DNA of 21,948 nucleotides from an uncultured Pseudomonadota bacterium (lineage in GTDB: Bacteria > SAR324 > NAC60-12). Below, piece after piece: positions 21,070-21,948 of this stretch (positions are counted from its first letter, which is position 1; each line of letters starts with the position of its first letter). The stretch covers positions 1 to 21,948 of the forward strand of contig CAJWCD010000056.1 in NCBI GenBank assembly GCA_913020725.1. The letters run 5' to 3'. A program made the translations under genes and the position numbers. The notes beneath the pieces are model-generated. The model saw only the letters and a list, made by a program, of their open reading frames with translations. It did not search any database and had not been told where the DNA came from.

Positions 21070-21930
21070 ATGAAGCAGTCAGTCTCCGTCGGCAACCTAA
21101 GTTTCGCCAACGACCGCCCTTTCGTGCTGGTTGGCGGGATGAACGTCCTGGAGTCCACCGATCTCGCCCTGCAAGTCGCGGAAACCTTCCGGACTGTGAC
21201 CGACCGTCTAGGCATTCCGTATGTCTTCAAGGCGTCGTTCGACAAGGCGAATCGCTCCTCGATGGATTCGTTTCGTGGTCCCGGATTGGAGGACGGACTG
21301 CGGATGCTGGAGCGGGTGAAATCCGAGTTTGAGGTTCCGGTGTTGACCGATGTTCACGAACCCCAGCAGGCGGCTCCTGCCGCCGAGGTTGCGGACATCA
21401 TTCAGCTTCCGGCGTTTCTTTCTCGGCAAACCGATTTGGTGGTGGCGATGGCCCGGACAAAAGCAGCCATCAACATCAAGAAGGCGCAGTTCCTCGCGCC
21501 AGAAGAAATGGGCAACATCCTGCGAAAGTTCGAATCAGCGGGAAATTCACAGCTAATGCTCTGCGAGCGCGGGACGAGCTTCGGTTACAACAACCTTGTG
21601 GTGGACATGCTGGGCTTCCCGATTCTCAAGGGCTTTGGCTACCCCGTGCTGTTCGACGTGACCCACGCCCTGCAACGTCCCGGAGGCCACGGCACAGCGG
21701 CAGGCGGACGGCGCGAGCAGGTGCGGGAACTGGCGCTTTCCGGAATGGCGCAAGGCTTAGCGGGCTTGTTTCTTGAAGCCCATCCGCATCCGGAAGCCGC
21801 CAAGTGTGACGGCCCTTGCGCTCTGCCCCTTGCTCAATTGGAACCCTTCCTACGGCAGATGCAGCAGCTGGACGAACTCGCCAAGTCGCTGGAACCGCTG
21901 GACATTGTGACCCACGGACTCAACTCATAA
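21070..21930 (+). CDS. kdsA: KDO8P synthase (2-dehydro-3-deoxyphosphooctonate aldolase)
   Basis: [72 protein letters not shown] 21070. Confidence 0.97.
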   Translation: MKQSVSVGNLSFANDRPFVLVGGMNVLESTDLALQVAETFRTVTDRLGIPYVFKASFDKANRSSMDSFRGPGLEDGLRMLERVKSEFEVPVLTDVHEPQQAAPAAEVADIIQLPAFLSRQTDLVVAMARTKAAINIKKAQFLAPEEMGNILRKFESAGNSQLMLCERGTSFGYNNLVVDMLGFPILKGFGYPVLFDVTHALQRPGGHGTAAGGRREQVRELALSGMAQGLAGLFLEAHPHPEAAKCDGPCALPLAQLEPFLRQMQQLDELAKSLEPLDIVTHGLNS

Positions 21931-21948
21931 GAGCAACAGGTGGGTTGA

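Overview
GC-rich bacterial chromosomal segment, densely coding, with no tRNA, rRNA, CRISPR array or transposase visible. From left to right: (1) a minus-strand Dpp/Opp-type ABC importer operon (SBP, two permeases, two ATPases). It is followed by a short RNA-ligase-like gene that appears to have lost its catalytic core by in-frame deletion, and by an N-formylglutamate amidohydrolase-family gene that runs off the left edge and is absent from the ORF track. (2) A divergent M14 AstE/AspA-family deacylase, then a sugar-acid cluster: HpcH/HpaI aldolase, XylB/sulfoquinovose-dehydrogenase-like SDR, Gfo/Idh/MocA oxidoreductase, an antisense-embedded eda with altered substrate-pocket motifs, and a D-2-hydroxyacid dehydrogenase. 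(3) An ITPA/Ham1-like NTP pyrophosphatase with SMR in place of SHR. (4) On the minus strand, a PilD N-terminal-domain-only protein carrying a 7-bp tandem repeat, then an LPG-synthase-TM/flippase-like membrane protein. (5) An ArsR-methyltransferase regulator (SahR/SamR type) with a clear sigma70 promoter and overlapping palindrome, heading metH-metF. (6) An SDR and kdsA. All product calls come from motif recognition, not database searches.
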